From positions 2,976,001 through 3,040,000 of the forward strand of contig OZ253580.1 of NCBI GenBank assembly GCA_965263035.1: a stretch of 64,000 nucleotides of DNA, in the 5' to 3' direction. Below the pieces are notes generated by a model that had not been told where the DNA came from, ran no database searches, and worked only from the letters and a program-made list of their open reading frames with translations. Position 1 is the stretch's first letter. Each line of letters opens with the position of its first letter. Both the position numbers and the translations under genes were made by a program. Shown piece after piece: positions 43,601-56,945 of the stretch. Source of the DNA: Acidobacteriota bacterium (lineage in GTDB: Bacteria > Acidobacteriota > UBA6911 > RPQK01 > JAJDTT01).

Positions 43601-44461
43601 ATGGCTTGGTTCAAGCGGGAAAAGAGACCGTTTCTGGCTCTGCCGGAAGGAGATCGCCGAGTTCGAGCCGAGGGGGTCTTCACCAAGTGTCCCGATTGCG
43701 GCAGCATCATCTGGAACAAGGAGTTGGCAGAGAACCTCCTGGTCTGCCCCCGCTGCAGCCACCATTTCAAGATCGGCGCCCGGAAGCGGCTGGAACTGCT
43801 TCTGGACGATTCGGAATATGAAGAATTTGCTGCCGAGATTCGTTCTTCCGATCCGCTCGACTTCGAGGACAAGAAAATCTACCGCGATCGGATCGAGGCG
43901 GCCCGCCGTTCGACCGGACTCAACGAGGCGGTCATCAGTGCCGAAGGCTTGTTGCGCGGTCATCGGGTCGTGTGCGCCGCCATGGAATACAGCTTCATCG
44001 GCGGATCCATGGGGTCGGTCGTCGGTGAGAAGATCACCTTGGCGGTGGAGCGCTCCCTGGAGCGAAAGATCCCCCTGATCATCGTTTCCGCCAGCGGTGG
44101 CGCGCGCATGATGGAAGGGGTGCTCTCGCTGATGCAGATGGCCAAGATCAGCTCCACCCTCTCCCGCCTGGACCGGGAAGGGCTTCCCTATATCTCGCTT
44201 CTGACGGATCCCACCACCGGGGGCGTCACCGCCAGTTTCGCCATGCTGGGAGACCTGAATCTGGCCGAGCCCAAGGCTCTGATCGGATTCGCCGGACCCC
44301 GGGTCATCGAGCAGACCATCCGTCAGCGGCTGCCCGAGGGGTTCCAGAGAAGCGAATTCCTCCTGGAGCATGGAATGTTGGATGCCGTGGTCCAAAGGAA
44401 GGATCTGAGAGCGCTCATCGGAGATTGGCTCGTCTTCATGAACCATGCTCAGAACCAGTGA
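43601..44461 (+). CDS. accD: Acetyl-CoA carboxylase carboxyltransferase beta subunit
   Basis: KCPDC...CPRC zinc finger, FIGGSMGSVVGEKI, SGGARM.EG, PTTGGVTASFA, GFAGPRVIEQT. Confidence 0.97.
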   Translation: MAWFKREKRPFLALPEGDRRVRAEGVFTKCPDCGSIIWNKELAENLLVCPRCSHHFKIGARKRLELLLDDSEYEEFAAEIRSSDPLDFEDKKIYRDRIEAARRSTGLNEAVISAEGLLRGHRVVCAAMEYSFIGGSMGSVVGEKITLAVERSLERKIPLIIVSASGGARMMEGVLSLMQMAKISSTLSRLDREGLPYISLLTDPTTGGVTASFAMLGDLNLAEPKALIGFAGPRVIEQTIRQRLPEGFQRSEFLLEHGMLDAVVQRKDLRALIGDWLVFMNHAQNQ

Positions 44462-44493
44462 CGACTGACCGCGGGACGCGCCTCCCCTACAAC

Positions 44494-45795
44494 ATGGATT
44501 ACACCGAGTGCCTCGCCTATCTTCGGAGGCTGGGGGACGAAGTGCTCACCATGCGCGTCGGTCTGGAGCCCTTTCGGGTTCTTCTGGAGCAGTTGGATCA
44601 CCCTCATCTCAGATTTCCCTCGGTCGTGGTCGCCGGGACCAACGGCAAGGGGTCCGTCACCCGGTGTCTGGGATCCATCATGTCTTCCTGTGGTTTCCGG
44701 ACCGCCGTCTACACGTCGCCTCATGTCATCCGGCTGGAGGAGCGGTTCGTGGTGGACGGGAGACCGATATCCCAGCGAGAATTTGCCGTCTGCTTCAGCC
44801 AGGTGGCCAAGGCCATCCGGCCGGCGGAGTTGCGATTCCATCCCACCTATTTCGAGACCGTGACCGCGACGGCGTTCCAATACTTCGCCCGCCGCCAGGT
44901 CGATCTGGCCATCCTCGAAGTGGGGATGGGCGGCCGGCTGGACAGCACTAACGTGGTGGACCCCAGACTCTCCATCATCACCCGGATCGGACTGGATCAT
45001 CAGGCGCAGTTGGGGGACACGGTGGAGCAGATTGCAGTCGAGAAGGCGGGGGTGCTCAGGCCCGGAACGCCGGTGCTCCTTTCTCCCCAGAGGGAGGAAG
45101 TGAGACGGGTGTTGGGAGAGCGGGCGGCCCACGTGGGCGCCCCGGTTCACGATCTGGATCTGCCCGCATTACGTCCGTTGGAGGAACTGCAGGGCAGGTA
45201 CTCCTTCTCGTACCGAGGGACGAATTACCGTCTGGGCGTGCACGGGAGGCATCAGATCGAGAATGCGGGAGTGGCCATCCAGGCATCGGAAATCCTGGAG
45301 CGGCAGGGATTCGGCCGCCACCGGACGGGGGTCCGGAAGGGAGTCGAGAAAACGAACTCTCTGGGAGTGCTGCAGAAGATCGAGGGTCGTCCGGAGGTCT
45401 ACCTGGACGGGGGGCACAATCGAGACGCCGTGGCCAACCTGGCCGCCTTCCTTCAGGCCCACACGACGGCGCCCCGATCACTTGTCTTCGGGATCATGCG
45501 GGACAAGGAGATCGAGGTCGTGCTTCGGCTTCTGGAGCCGCTGTTCGAGCGGATTTATCTGGCTTCCTTCACCTCGGCCCGGGTGGAGGCTCCGGCGCGG
45601 TTGAAGACGGTCTGTCCCCGGGGTGTGGTGGTGCCGGATCCCGTAGGCGCGCTGAATCGGGCTCTGGAGGCGGGAGCGACAACGGTCGTGGCCGGATCCT
45701 TCTACCTGGTGGGCGAGATCCTGGCGGGAATCGAGGCGGGGATGGTCAATTTGGATCGTCCAGCTCCAACTCGAAGAGGAGATCTCCCGTGCTGA
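44494..45795 (+). CDS. folC: Folylpolyglutamate/dihydrofolate synthase
   Basis: VAGTNGKGS, YTSPH, EVGMGGRLDSTN, LDGGHN, AGSFYLVGE. Confidence 0.96.
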   Translation: MDYTECLAYLRRLGDEVLTMRVGLEPFRVLLEQLDHPHLRFPSVVVAGTNGKGSVTRCLGSIMSSCGFRTAVYTSPHVIRLEERFVVDGRPISQREFAVCFSQVAKAIRPAELRFHPTYFETVTATAFQYFARRQVDLAILEVGMGGRLDSTNVVDPRLSIITRIGLDHQAQLGDTVEQIAVEKAGVLRPGTPVLLSPQREEVRRVLGERAAHVGAPVHDLDLPALRPLEELQGRYSFSYRGTNYRLGVHGRHQIENAGVAIQASEILERQGFGRHRTGVRKGVEKTNSLGVLQKIEGRPEVYLDGGHNRDAVANLAAFLQAHTTAPRSLVFGIMRDKEIEVVLRLLEPLFERIYLASFTSARVEAPARLKTVCPRGVVVPDPVGALNRALEAGATTVVAGSFYLVGEILAGIEAGMVNLDRPAPTRRGDLPC

Positions 45796-46285
45796 CGCTC
45801 GTGTCCTCGCGAACGTGGCAAGCCTGAATCGTCCCGGGCCCCGGGGCGCCGATCTGGTTCTGCATCTTCATGGCTTCGATCACCACCAGCCCCTCGCCGG
45901 CCGCGACCCGTTCACCCGGCCGACGCAGAATTCGGACCACTTTACCGGGCATCTTGGCTCTCAGGGTCGAATCCCCGGATCGGCCGCTGGTGGAGCCTCG
46001 GCGCCGGAGCCGGTCCCTCGGGTCCCGAGCCTGCACCGTGACGGTCCGGCCCAGCCAGGACACGAGAATCTCTCCGCCACGCCGCCACGAGGAAATTTCC
46101 TGGATCCGTCCGTCCAACTCCAGGAGCCAGCCTGCGGCGGTTCGGCCCAGTAGCCGCGCCGTCAGTGCTCGGGAGAATTTACCGGGTCCTTCCAGCCGGA
46201 TCCGGAATTCGGGAACCGAACCGCTCCGGACGCGATCGATCTCGGCCTGGAATGTTTCTTCCTGGTATTGGAGATCCAGCTTCAC
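45746..46285 (-). CDS. Biotin carboxyl carrier protein of acyl-CoA carboxylase
   Basis: MPGKVV...EAMKMQN biotinylation motif; GTGA overlap with upstream gene. Confidence 0.92.
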   Translation of the reverse strand: MKLDLQYQEETFQAEIDRVRSGSVPEFRIRLEGPGKFSRALTARLLGRTAAGWLLELDGRIQEISSWRRGGEILVSWLGRTVTVQARDPRDRLRRRGSTSGRSGDSTLRAKMPGKVVRILRRPGERVAAGEGLVVIEAMKMQNQIGAPGPGTIQACHVREDTSVSTGDLLFELELDDPN

Positions 46286-47802
46286 GTTCGAGACCAACCC
46301 CCTCGCAGGCCGGAAAAGGGTCCCCGAGACTTCCAGGCGCTGCACGAGGCGGTAGCAGGCGCCTTCTTTTCCCCCGCTTCCAGTATTCGGTGAATTGCGG
46401 CGGCCACCAGAGGCACGACCGGCTCCGCGACTTCCTTTTGGTGGCCGGGAAGGGCCATCAACTCGTCCACCAGACCCGTATCCAGGTCTCCCCCAACGAA
46501 GCGGGAGTTCTCCAGCAGGGATCTGAAAAAAGGAATGGTGGTGGTCACGCCGGCGATCCGGTATTCGTCCAGGGCCCGCCTCATTCGGCGCAGAGCTTCC
46601 CGACGGTCCGGTCCGTAGGTTATCAGCTTGCTGATCAGGGGGTCATAGTGGACGGGAACCTCGAACCCCGCACAGACACCGGAATCCACCCGGACTCCGG
46701 GACCGCCCGGTTCCAGCAGATCTCGGATGCGGCCGGGCGCCGGCAGGAAATCGTTGCTGGGATCCTCAGCGTAGATGCGGCATTCGAGTGCGTGTCCTCT
46801 TATCCGGATGTCCTCCTGTTGCAGTCTCAAGGGCTCCCCGGCGGCGATTCGTATCTGCTCCCGGACCAGATCGATTCCGGTGACCAACTCGGTCACCGGA
46901 TGCTCGACCTGCAGGCGGGTGTTCATCTCCAGGAAGTAGAAGCGCCATCCGGTCGCGCGGTCCCGTTCGAGCAGGAACTCCACGGTCCCGGCGTTGTAGT
47001 ATCCCGAGGCTCGGGCGACCGCCACGGCGGCCCGGCCCAGTCTGGCCCTCAATTCGGGTGTGACCACTGGAGAGGGGGACTCCTCGATCAGCTTCTGGTG
47101 CCGGCGCTGGGTCGAACACTCTCTTTCGCCCAGATGGATCAGGTCGCCGTTCCGGTCTCCCAGAACCTGCACCTCCACGTGGCGCGGCTGTTCGAGGTAC
47201 TTCTCGAGGAACACCCGCGAGTCCTGGAAGGATGCATGGGCCTCACTACCGGCGATGCGGAGGGCGGGCTCCAGGTCCTCCTCGCGAGGGACCACACGGA
47301 GTCCCTTGCCGCCACCTCCGCCGCTGGCCTTGACCATGATGGGAAAACCGATCCGGCGGGCCGCCCGGACCGCTTCGGCCGGGGATCGAACCGGGTCCGG
47401 CGTTCCGGGAATCACCGGAACCTCGACCTCCTCCGCAATTCGGCGGCTTGCGATCTTGTCTCCCATGAGCCGCAGGGACGAAACCGAGGGTCCAATGAAG
47501 ACCAGGCCGGCGTCCTCGCAGGCGCGTGCGAATCCGGCGTTTTCCGAGAGGAACCCGTAACCGGGATGGATGGCGTCGGCCTCGGCCGCTTTGGCTGCGG
47601 CCAGCACCCTTTCCACCGACAGGTAGCTTTGGTCGGCCCGGGCCTCTCCGATGAAGTGCGCCTCGTCGGCCAATCGGACGTGGAGAGAGTCCAGATCCGC
47701 CTCCGAGTAGACGACGGCCGCCGGAAGTCCCAGATCGCGGCAGGCCCGCAGGATTCGTACGGCGATCTCGCCCCGGTTGGCGATCAGGACCTTTTTGAAC
47801 AT
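46282..47802 (-). CDS. Biotin carboxylase subunit (acetyl/propionyl-CoA carboxylase alpha)
   Basis: MFKKVLIANRGEIA, HPGYGFLSEN, GGGGKG, LEMNTRLQVEH. Confidence 0.96.
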   Translation of the reverse strand: MFKKVLIANRGEIAVRILRACRDLGLPAAVVYSEADLDSLHVRLADEAHFIGEARADQSYLSVERVLAAAKAAEADAIHPGYGFLSENAGFARACEDAGLVFIGPSVSSLRLMGDKIASRRIAEEVEVPVIPGTPDPVRSPAEAVRAARRIGFPIMVKASGGGGGKGLRVVPREEDLEPALRIAGSEAHASFQDSRVFLEKYLEQPRHVEVQVLGDRNGDLIHLGERECSTQRRHQKLIEESPSPVVTPELRARLGRAAVAVARASGYYNAGTVEFLLERDRATGWRFYFLEMNTRLQVEHPVTELVTGIDLVREQIRIAAGEPLRLQQEDIRIRGHALECRIYAEDPSNDFLPAPGRIRDLLEPGGPGVRVDSGVCAGFEVPVHYDPLISKLITYGPDRREALRRMRRALDEYRIAGVTTTIPFFRSLLENSRFVGGDLDTGLVDELMALPGHQKEVAEPVVPLVAAAIHRILEAGEKKAPATASCSAWKSRGPFSGLRGGWSRT

Positions 47803-47809
47803 GACCAGG

Positions 47810-49360
47810 TCAGAGAGGGATGTTGCCGTGTTTCCTGGGCGGATTGGTGTCGCGCTTGTTGGCGCTCATCTCCAGAGCCCGGATCAGCTTGGGCCGGGTC
47901 TGGCTGGGCTCGATGATCTCGTCCACGTAGCCTCGCTCGGCGGCCACGTAGGGGTTTGCGAACTTGCTGCGAAATTCCCGTGTTTTCCGCGACTTGAAGT
48001 CTGGAGGCTGCGAATCGTCCCGGAGCTCCCTCCGGTAGAGGATCTCGACGGCCGCTTCCGGGCCCATGACGGCAATCTCGGCGGTCGGGTAGGCGAAGTT
48101 CAGATCGGCCCGGATCTGTTTGGACGCCATGACGCAGTAGGCGCCGCCGTAAGCTTTCCGCGTGATGACGGTGATCTTGGGTACGGTGGCCTCCGCAAAC
48201 GCGTACAACAGCTTGGCGCCGTGGCGGATGATCCCCCCATGTTCCTGATCCACGCCCGGGAGAAACCCCGGCACGTCCTCGAATACCACCAGCGGTAGAT
48301 TGAAGGCGTCGCAGAAACGGACGAATCGGGCTCCCTTGACCGACGAATCGATGTCCAGGGTCCCGGCCAGGACGGCGGGCTGATTGGCCACGATGCCGAC
48401 GGGGCGACCCTGGAAGCGAGCGAAGCCCACGACCAGATTGGGGGCGAAGCCGGCCTGGACTTCGAAGAAGTAGCGGTCGTCCGCCACGGTCTGAATCAGA
48501 TCCTTGATGTCGTAGGCCTGGTTCGGTTCGGCCGGGATCAGGTGATTCAATTCCTCCGAGGTCCGGTCGTCCGGGTCCGAGGTCTCGAGCCGGGGAGGGT
48601 CGTCGACGTTGTTGGAGGGCAGGAAGGAGATCAGCTCTCGAATCTGAGCCAGGCATTCCTCCTCCGTGGAACTGGCGAAGTGGGCGACGCCGCTCACGTT
48701 GTTGTGGGCCGTCGCTCCCCCCAACTCGGATTTGGTCACCTCTTCGTGAGTCACCGCCCGGATCACGTCGGGACCGGTGATGAACATGTAGCTGGTCTTT
48801 TTCACCATGAAGATGAAGTCGGTGATGGCGGGAGAATAGACGGCCCCGCCTGCACAGGGACCCAGAATGGCGGAAATCTGCGGGATGACGCCGCTGGCCA
48901 AGGTGTTGCGGAGGAAGATGTCGGCGTAACCGGCCAAACTGACGACGCCCTCCTGGATCCGGGCGCCGCCGCTGTCGTTGAGGCCGATGACCGGAGCCCC
49001 CATCTTCATAGCCAGATCCATGATCTTGCAGATCTTGGCTGCGTAGGTCTCGGAGAGGCTGCCGCCGAATACGGTGAAATCCTGAGAAAAGACGTAGACC
49101 AGCCGGCCGTCGATCCGTCCATGGCCGGTGATCACGCCGTCTCCGGGGACCCGGCGCTGGTCCATGGAGAAATCGGTGCAACGATGGACGACGAACTTGT
49201 CCAGCTCCTGGAACGAGCCCTCGTCCAGAAGCAAGGCGAGCCGTTCCCGGGCAGTCAGCTTTCCCGAGTCGTGCTGGCGTTGGATTCGAGCCGCGTCGTG
49301 ACCCTTCTCGGCCTCCCGGTTTCGCCGTCTCAGCTCCTCAAACTGTTCCCGGGTGTCCAT
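47810..49360 (-). CDS. pccB: Acyl-CoA (propionyl-CoA) carboxylase carboxyltransferase subunit
   Basis: [46 protein letters not shown]. Confidence 0.9.
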   Translation of the reverse strand: MDTREQFEELRRRNREAEKGHDAARIQRQHDSGKLTARERLALLLDEGSFQELDKFVVHRCTDFSMDQRRVPGDGVITGHGRIDGRLVYVFSQDFTVFGGSLSETYAAKICKIMDLAMKMGAPVIGLNDSGGARIQEGVVSLAGYADIFLRNTLASGVIPQISAILGPCAGGAVYSPAITDFIFMVKKTSYMFITGPDVIRAVTHEEVTKSELGGATAHNNVSGVAHFASSTEEECLAQIRELISFLPSNNVDDPPRLETSDPDDRTSEELNHLIPAEPNQAYDIKDLIQTVADDRYFFEVQAGFAPNLVVGFARFQGRPVGIVANQPAVLAGTLDIDSSVKGARFVRFCDAFNLPLVVFEDVPGFLPGVDQEHGGIIRHGAKLLYAFAEATVPKITVITRKAYGGAYCVMASKQIRADLNFAYPTAEIAVMGPEAAVEILYRRELRDDSQPPDFKSRKTREFRSKFANPYVAAERGYVDEIIEPSQTRPKLIRALEMSANKRDTNPPRKHGNIPL

Positions 49361-49402
49361 GGCGGCAGACGCTTCCGCGGGCATCTCCCCTGCTTCGGCG
49401 CT

Positions 49403-50053
49403 TCAGGCCGGAGTCTTTCGCTGGTTCCAGTCGGCCAGGAACTTTTCCAGGCCGATGTCGGTCAAGGGGTGCTTCATGAGTTGCTCCAGCACCTTGGACG
49501 GCAGGGTGGCGATGTCGGCGCCCATCTTGGCCGCCTCCACCACGTGGACCGGGTTTCGAACGGAGGCCACCAGGACTTCGGTGCCGAAGTCGTAGTTCTC
49601 GTACATGAGCAGGATTTCGGAAATGAGTCCCATTCCTTCCTGGGAGATATCGTCGAGCCTTCCGATGAACGGGCTCACGATGGCCGCTCCGTTCTTGGCC
49701 GCCAACAGCGCCTGACCCGGACTGAAGATCAAGGTGACGTTGACGGAAATGCCTTCCTGGGAGACCACGTGGAGCGCCTTGAGACCTTCGCGGATCATGG
49801 GAAGCTTGACATAGACGTTCTTGTGGAGGCCGGCCAGGTAGCGCGCCTCGTGGATCATGTCTGCCGCGTCGGTGGAGACGACTTCCAGGTTGACGGGTCC
49901 GTCCACCAGTCCACAGATCTCCAGGGCCAACTCCTCGATATCCCGTCCTTCCTTGGCGATCAGGCTGGGATTGGTGGTGATCCCGTCGACCAGACCCAGT
50001 TCGACTCCTCTTCGGATCTCTTCTACGTTGGCGGTATCGAGGAAAAACTTCAT
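49403..50053 (-). CDS. fsa: Transaldolase / fructose-6-phosphate aldolase family
   Basis: [44 protein letters not shown]. Confidence 0.93.
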   Translation of the reverse strand: MKFFLDTANVEEIRRGVELGLVDGITTNPSLIAKEGRDIEELALEICGLVDGPVNLEVVSTDAADMIHEARYLAGLHKNVYVKLPMIREGLKALHVVSQEGISVNVTLIFSPGQALLAAKNGAAIVSPFIGRLDDISQEGMGLISEILLMYENYDFGTEVLVASVRNPVHVVEAAKMGADIATLPSKVLEQLMKHPLTDIGLEKFLADWNQRKTPA

Positions 50054-50068
50054 GAGACCTCCTTCCCC

Positions 50069-51067
50069 TCAATTCAGGATGGTGACGCCGGCCTCCCGCG
50101 AGGGCGGGCTTTCATTGTCTGACTTGTCCACGGCGGAGACGCGGTACCGATAGGCCTCGCCGTCCTTGACCGTGGTGTCCTTGAACATTCGACCCTGCAA
50201 CAGAGGCGAAATCCTGCGGACCGTTCCGCCTGTCCTATCCCGGTACACGAAATAGCCTGCCAGGTCCGCCTCGCGGTTCGGGTCCCAGTAGACTCGGACC
50301 TCACCCTCCCAGTAGATCGCCGTGACATTCCGGGGAGCCCCCGGAGCGAACGAGTCTTCGGGGAAGGTGGTCAAAGTATCACTGGCCCGGCTCAGAATCA
50401 AAGGATCGGCAGCGCGGCTGATGGCCTGAACGCTGTACCGCTTGGGGTGACCGAAGCGGAACTCCGGGTCCCGAAACACTTCGGTGGCAACACGATGCCG
50501 GGAATTGACCAGGTATCCGGCGACGTTGGCCGGACGGCTCCCGTCGAAGTTCGACCGGGGGCGGTCCCACTCCAGCCGCAGGTGGTCCGGGTTGACTTCA
50601 CAGCGCAGATTCCGGGGCGCTGCCGCCGCTTTGACGGAGGACGCCCGGACCAGGTTGGAAGGCGGAGAAAGGCGGTCGTCCGAGTCCAGGAATCGTAGGT
50701 AGTAGCCGCATGGGTCTTCATCATCCGGCAGCTTCCGCTCCACCAGAAACTCGGCACCGTCATTCCGTCCCCGGAGCTGCCCTCTGTCCAGTAGCATCAC
50801 CGGCTCCTGGGGGCCCTCCCCTCCGGGACACTGGCGATAGATTTGAACCTGGACAACGTCGCGGGAAGCCAGGGGAAAGTGCAGTTGAATCCGGTCGTCC
50901 ACCTGGACCAGCTTCAGGTTTCGAATGGTGGGAGACGGTTGGGAGAGCGGGGGAAGCGGATCTCCCACCTTGGCGCATCCCGGGCCGGCGATCTGCCCGA
51001 TGAGCGAGATCAGGACGAGGGATCGCGCCCAGTTATGACCGGACTGACGCTCCAGTTCCAACGGCAT
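50069..51067 (-). CDS. Lipoprotein with fibronectin type III domains
   Basis: Hydrophobic stretch + GCAKVGDPLPP; WDPNREADLAGY.VYR...YRVSAVDKSDNES; start uncertain. Confidence 0.82.
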   Translation of the reverse strand: MPLELERQSGHNWARSLVLISLIGQIAGPGCAKVGDPLPPLSQPSPTIRNLKLVQVDDRIQLHFPLASRDVVQVQIYRQCPGGEGPQEPVMLLDRGQLRGRNDGAEFLVERKLPDDEDPCGYYLRFLDSDDRLSPPSNLVRASSVKAAAAPRNLRCEVNPDHLRLEWDRPRSNFDGSRPANVAGYLVNSRHRVATEVFRDPEFRFGHPKRYSVQAISRAADPLILSRASDTLTTFPEDSFAPGAPRNVTAIYWEGEVRVYWDPNREADLAGYFVYRDRTGGTVRRISPLLQGRMFKDTTVKDGEAYRYRVSAVDKSDNESPPSREAGVTILN

Positions 51068-51305
51068 GGAGGGCCTCATCCTACACGATCTTCCGCGCCG
51101 TGAGAGCGGGTCGCCGGGCGTGCCATAAAAAGTTCTTAAAACCTTTTCCGGTGCAACGGCATCAAACTTTGCAGGGAGTGGGATCAGGGGTATTCTTCCC
51201 TCCTTACAAGTCCCGACAGGACACGCCAACCCTGGTTCCACTCCCGATGGAGGAGCGATTTCCAATCGCCCATTCCTCTTTTCACCTGTACGCTCGTTCC
51301 CCAAG

Positions 51306-53916
<2,611 letters not shown>

Positions 53917-53986
53917 CGGCAGGAAACCTCGCCGGTCCAACACGCCGCCGGCTGCCGCCGGGAGCGTCCGGTCCGCGTCGAATCGA

Positions 53987-54226
53987 ATGGGATTTGTTGT
54001 GAAACCTGATCGCAAGTCTGCACCTGAAGCCCTGGAGGCCTGTCCGGAGTGCCGGTATACCTTGAGTCGGCGCAGCACCTGGTGTCCCTACTGCGGGGTT
54101 CAGCTCACCCATCCTCCCTGGAAGAAGGTCGGCGCCTGGATTCTGCTGGTGCTGATCGTCTACGGTCTGGTCCAGTGCCACCTGCGTCTGCTGGATGGCC
54201 CTGACGCCTTGAATTCGTTGCCTTGA
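53987..54226 (+). CDS. Small zinc-ribbon membrane protein
   Basis: CPEC...CPYC followed by a TM helix. Confidence 0.65.
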   Translation: MGFVVKPDRKSAPEALEACPECRYTLSRRSTWCPYCGVQLTHPPWKKVGAWILLVLIVYGLVQCHLRLLDGPDALNSLP

Positions 54227-54238
54227 GAATTCCTGAGG

Positions 54239-54967
54239 ATGAAGACTCCCGGCTACCGGCACCATTGCTTGACTCACGTGGGCCGGGTGCGTCCCGTGAA
54301 TGAAGACACCTTGATCGAGTCTCCCGAACATCATCTGTTCGGAGTGTGTGACGGAATGGGAGGACATGCCGCCGGAGAAGTGGCCAGCGCACTGGCGGCT
54401 GTAGTCTTCCGGCGGTCGATTGCACGAGGAATCCTGTCCCCGGCAGCGGCCTTGCGCGAGGCCATCCGCCAGGCGGACGAGGAGGTTTACAGGGACCAGA
54501 TGGTCCACCCGGCGCATGAGGGAATGGGAACGACTCTCAGCGCGCTCCTTCTCTCCGGGCCGGGGCCGGAAAAGGCTTGGATCGGACATGTGGGCGACAG
54601 TCGCGTGTATCGGCGCCGGGACCGGAAGCTGGATCAGCTGACCGCGGATCACTCGCCGGTATTCCGGCTCTATCGGAAGGGTCTTCTCTCCAAGGAGCAG
54701 GCTCGCCGGCACCCGCACAAGCATATCGTGGAACAGGCGCTGGGGCTGAGCCCTCCGGTCGAGACGGATATATTGGCCGTGGACGTTCGAGCTGGAGACC
54801 TATTTCTGCTCTGTACGGACGGGTTGACCGATCAGCTCGGAGATGGTGAGATTGAAGACGGTTGCCGATCCGGGTCCTTGCGCGGCATGGCTCGTCGTTT
54901 GGTGGACGCAGCCAACTCCAAGGGTGGATCGGACAATGTCTCCGTGGTCCTCATTCAGATCCTGTAA
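54239..54967 (+). CDS. PP2C-type Ser/Thr protein phosphatase
   Basis: GRVRPVNED, CDGMGGH, HVGDSRVY, LCTDGL, GGSDNVS. Confidence 0.95.
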   Translation: MKTPGYRHHCLTHVGRVRPVNEDTLIESPEHHLFGVCDGMGGHAAGEVASALAAVVFRRSIARGILSPAAALREAIRQADEEVYRDQMVHPAHEGMGTTLSALLLSGPGPEKAWIGHVGDSRVYRRRDRKLDQLTADHSPVFRLYRKGLLSKEQARRHPHKHIVEQALGLSPPVETDILAVDVRAGDLFLLCTDGLTDQLGDGEIEDGCRSGSLRGMARRLVDAANSKGGSDNVSVVLIQIL

Positions 54968-55153
54968 TGGATAGGAAAGCTCCCCCACCGGCCCGGTCCG
55001 GCGGACGCGTAGGAGAAACAGGTATCGAGTTCATCCGGCTTCGGCGTCCTCGAGGAGACCATCTCCCCTGCCGAGCCCGCTGGGCGGAAACAACCAGCCT
55101 GTCTTCACTCTTTTCTCTTTCCTATTTTCTCTGTTTCTCAGAAGGGGAGTGTC

Positions 55154-56068
55154 ATGAAACCGAATGACGCGCACTGCCATTTCTTTTCCCGGAACTTTAT
55201 CCGGACGCTGGCTGGTGAGAGAGGAATCCGGGGGGACGACCCCGTGGGCGATGCATGCCGAATTCTGGCATGGGATCCGCCCGGCTCCAACGGAGAGTTG
55301 GCTGACCGTTGGGTCGCGGAGTTGGATCGCCACCAGGTCGGCCGGGCGGCGATCATCGCCAGTGTCCCGGAAGACGAAGAATCTGTGGCGGCGGCCCTGG
55401 ACCGGCATCCGGGGCGCTTTGTCGGCTTCTTCATGGTGGACCCGACGCGGCGGGCGGCCGCGGAACGGGTGACCCGGTCGGTCACGGAGCTGGGGCTCCG
55501 CTGTGCCTGCCTGTTCCCCGGGATGCACGGGTATGAGCTCTCGGACCCGCGGGTGCTTCGCCTGGTGGAGCGGTTGGCGTCCGTGCCCGGCACGGCGCTA
55601 TTCGTTCATTGCGGTGTACTGACGGTCGGGGCCAGGAAGAAGCTGGGACTACCGGCCCGATTCGACCTCAGATATTCCAATCCTCTCAACGTTCATCCGT
55701 TGGCGCTGGCCTATCCCGATCTGCCGTTCATTCTCCCTCATTTTGGGGCCGGGATGTTCCGCGAAGCCCTGATGCTGGGAGATCTATGTCCCAATGTCCA
55801 TCTGGACACGTCCAGCTCCAATTCCTGGATTCGATACTCCGGGCTGACCCTGGAGCAGGTCTTCGCCCGCTCTCTCGAGATCCTGGGTCCGGACCGGATT
55901 CTGTTTGGAACCGACTCTTCATTCTTTCCGCGGGGCTGGCAAAGCTCGCTCTGGGAAGAGCAGTCTCGGATCTTGAAGCACGTCGGCTTGGACCGGGCCA
56001 GCCGCCGCAAGATTCAGTCCGCCAACTTCGAGCGGCTCTTCCCCGTCAAAGATTCCCCAGCAGTCTGA
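55154..56068 (+). CDS. Amidohydrolase family (amidohydrolase_2) protein
   Basis: DAHCH, FVHCG, PHFG, LDTS, LFGTDS. Confidence 0.9.
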   Translation: MKPNDAHCHFFSRNFIRTLAGERGIRGDDPVGDACRILAWDPPGSNGELADRWVAELDRHQVGRAAIIASVPEDEESVAAALDRHPGRFVGFFMVDPTRRAAAERVTRSVTELGLRCACLFPGMHGYELSDPRVLRLVERLASVPGTALFVHCGVLTVGARKKLGLPARFDLRYSNPLNVHPLALAYPDLPFILPHFGAGMFREALMLGDLCPNVHLDTSSSNSWIRYSGLTLEQVFARSLEILGPDRILFGTDSSFFPRGWQSSLWEEQSRILKHVGLDRASRRKIQSANFERLFPVKDSPAV

Positions 56069-56510
56069 GCAGAAACGCTCTGGCCCGGTCGTAAACGCCG
56101 GGACTGGAGCTCTCCCTGGGACCGGCCACGTTCAGAACCTGGATCCGGTGCCGCCGGATCCATTCCATGGCCGGTTCGGTTCCGAATTCCTGGTCCAGAT
56201 CAACCCGCCGGCATGGCCTTCCTCGCCGCCGGGCTCGGTCCCAGGTGAGCCGGGTGCCGCCGTCCACTCGGGTCCGGAACAGGATGAGAGTCCCGTTCGA
56301 ATCTCGAACGTTCCAGTCGGTTCTCTGGTCGTATCGACAAAGAGGCGTCTCCCGGAGCGGATAGCAGTCATCGAGAGGACCGTCCTCGGCGCGGCGGTCC
56401 CTCGGGCACCAGCCGCCGCAATCGAGCGATAGCTCCAGAGCCACGTCCAGAGCCGCGCGGTCGACTCCCGTTTGTCCTCCCGAGACGATGCGATTCGGTC
56501 GGCCTTCCAC
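56046..56510 (-). CDS. Putative molybdenum carrier / SLOG-like (cpYpsA) protein
   Basis: IVSGGQTGVDRAALD, GGWCP...AEDG, RT.WNVRDS.GTL, LNVAGPRES. Confidence 0.9.
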   Translation of the reverse strand: MEGRPNRIVSGGQTGVDRAALDVALELSLDCGGWCPRDRRAEDGPLDDCYPLRETPLCRYDQRTDWNVRDSNGTLILFRTRVDGGTRLTWDRARRRGRPCRRVDLDQEFGTEPAMEWIRRHRIQVLNVAGPRESSSPGVYDRARAFLLRLLGNL

Positions 56511-56729
56511 GTTGCGCCTGCGCTCTCGTACACCGGGTCACGCACCGGTTCGAATGGATCGACGATACTATCCGCGACACCTCAACCTGCCATCCGCCCC
56601 GGGCTTCCCCGAATACCACCGGAGGATGTCGAGTATACGCGCGAGCGTCCGCCAGCCCGGCGATATCGAATCCGCAGTGTTTCTCGGACTCCATTTCGGA
56701 TGTGAAGTGTGTCCGGAAATGGCCTCGTC

Positions 56730-56945
56730 AATTTTTTGTCAGGGGTCCAAGAAGAAAAAATCGGAATTTAAAACAACCATATCGGTATAATTCAGTCTTA
56801 CGAAGATGCTCCTGAAAAAACTGCGAGGATGGGTTTGTGGGGCGATTTCAAGGGCATGTGGACAAGGTGTGGATAAATTGTGACTGTGTGAGCCATAAGT
56901 GAAGTTACAATTGCGGATAGGGGTTTGCAGCCGAAATCCACAAGA
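56730..56945. promoter_or_regulatory. DnaA-box cluster with adjacent AT-rich tract (candidate oriC)
   Basis: TGTGGATAA 56868-56876 (perfect), TGTGGACAA 56857-56865, TGCGGATAG 56912-56920, AAATCCACA 56934-56942; AT-rich 56730-56820. Confidence 0.55.

Noticed and set aside
46165-50122. Long + strand ORFs (583 aa, 526 aa)
   Set aside because: Antisense shadows of carboxylase and transaldolase genes
56046-56510. SLOG-like gene as part of an anti-phage system
   Set aside because: Stand-alone among housekeeping genes with no effector or sensor partners nearby
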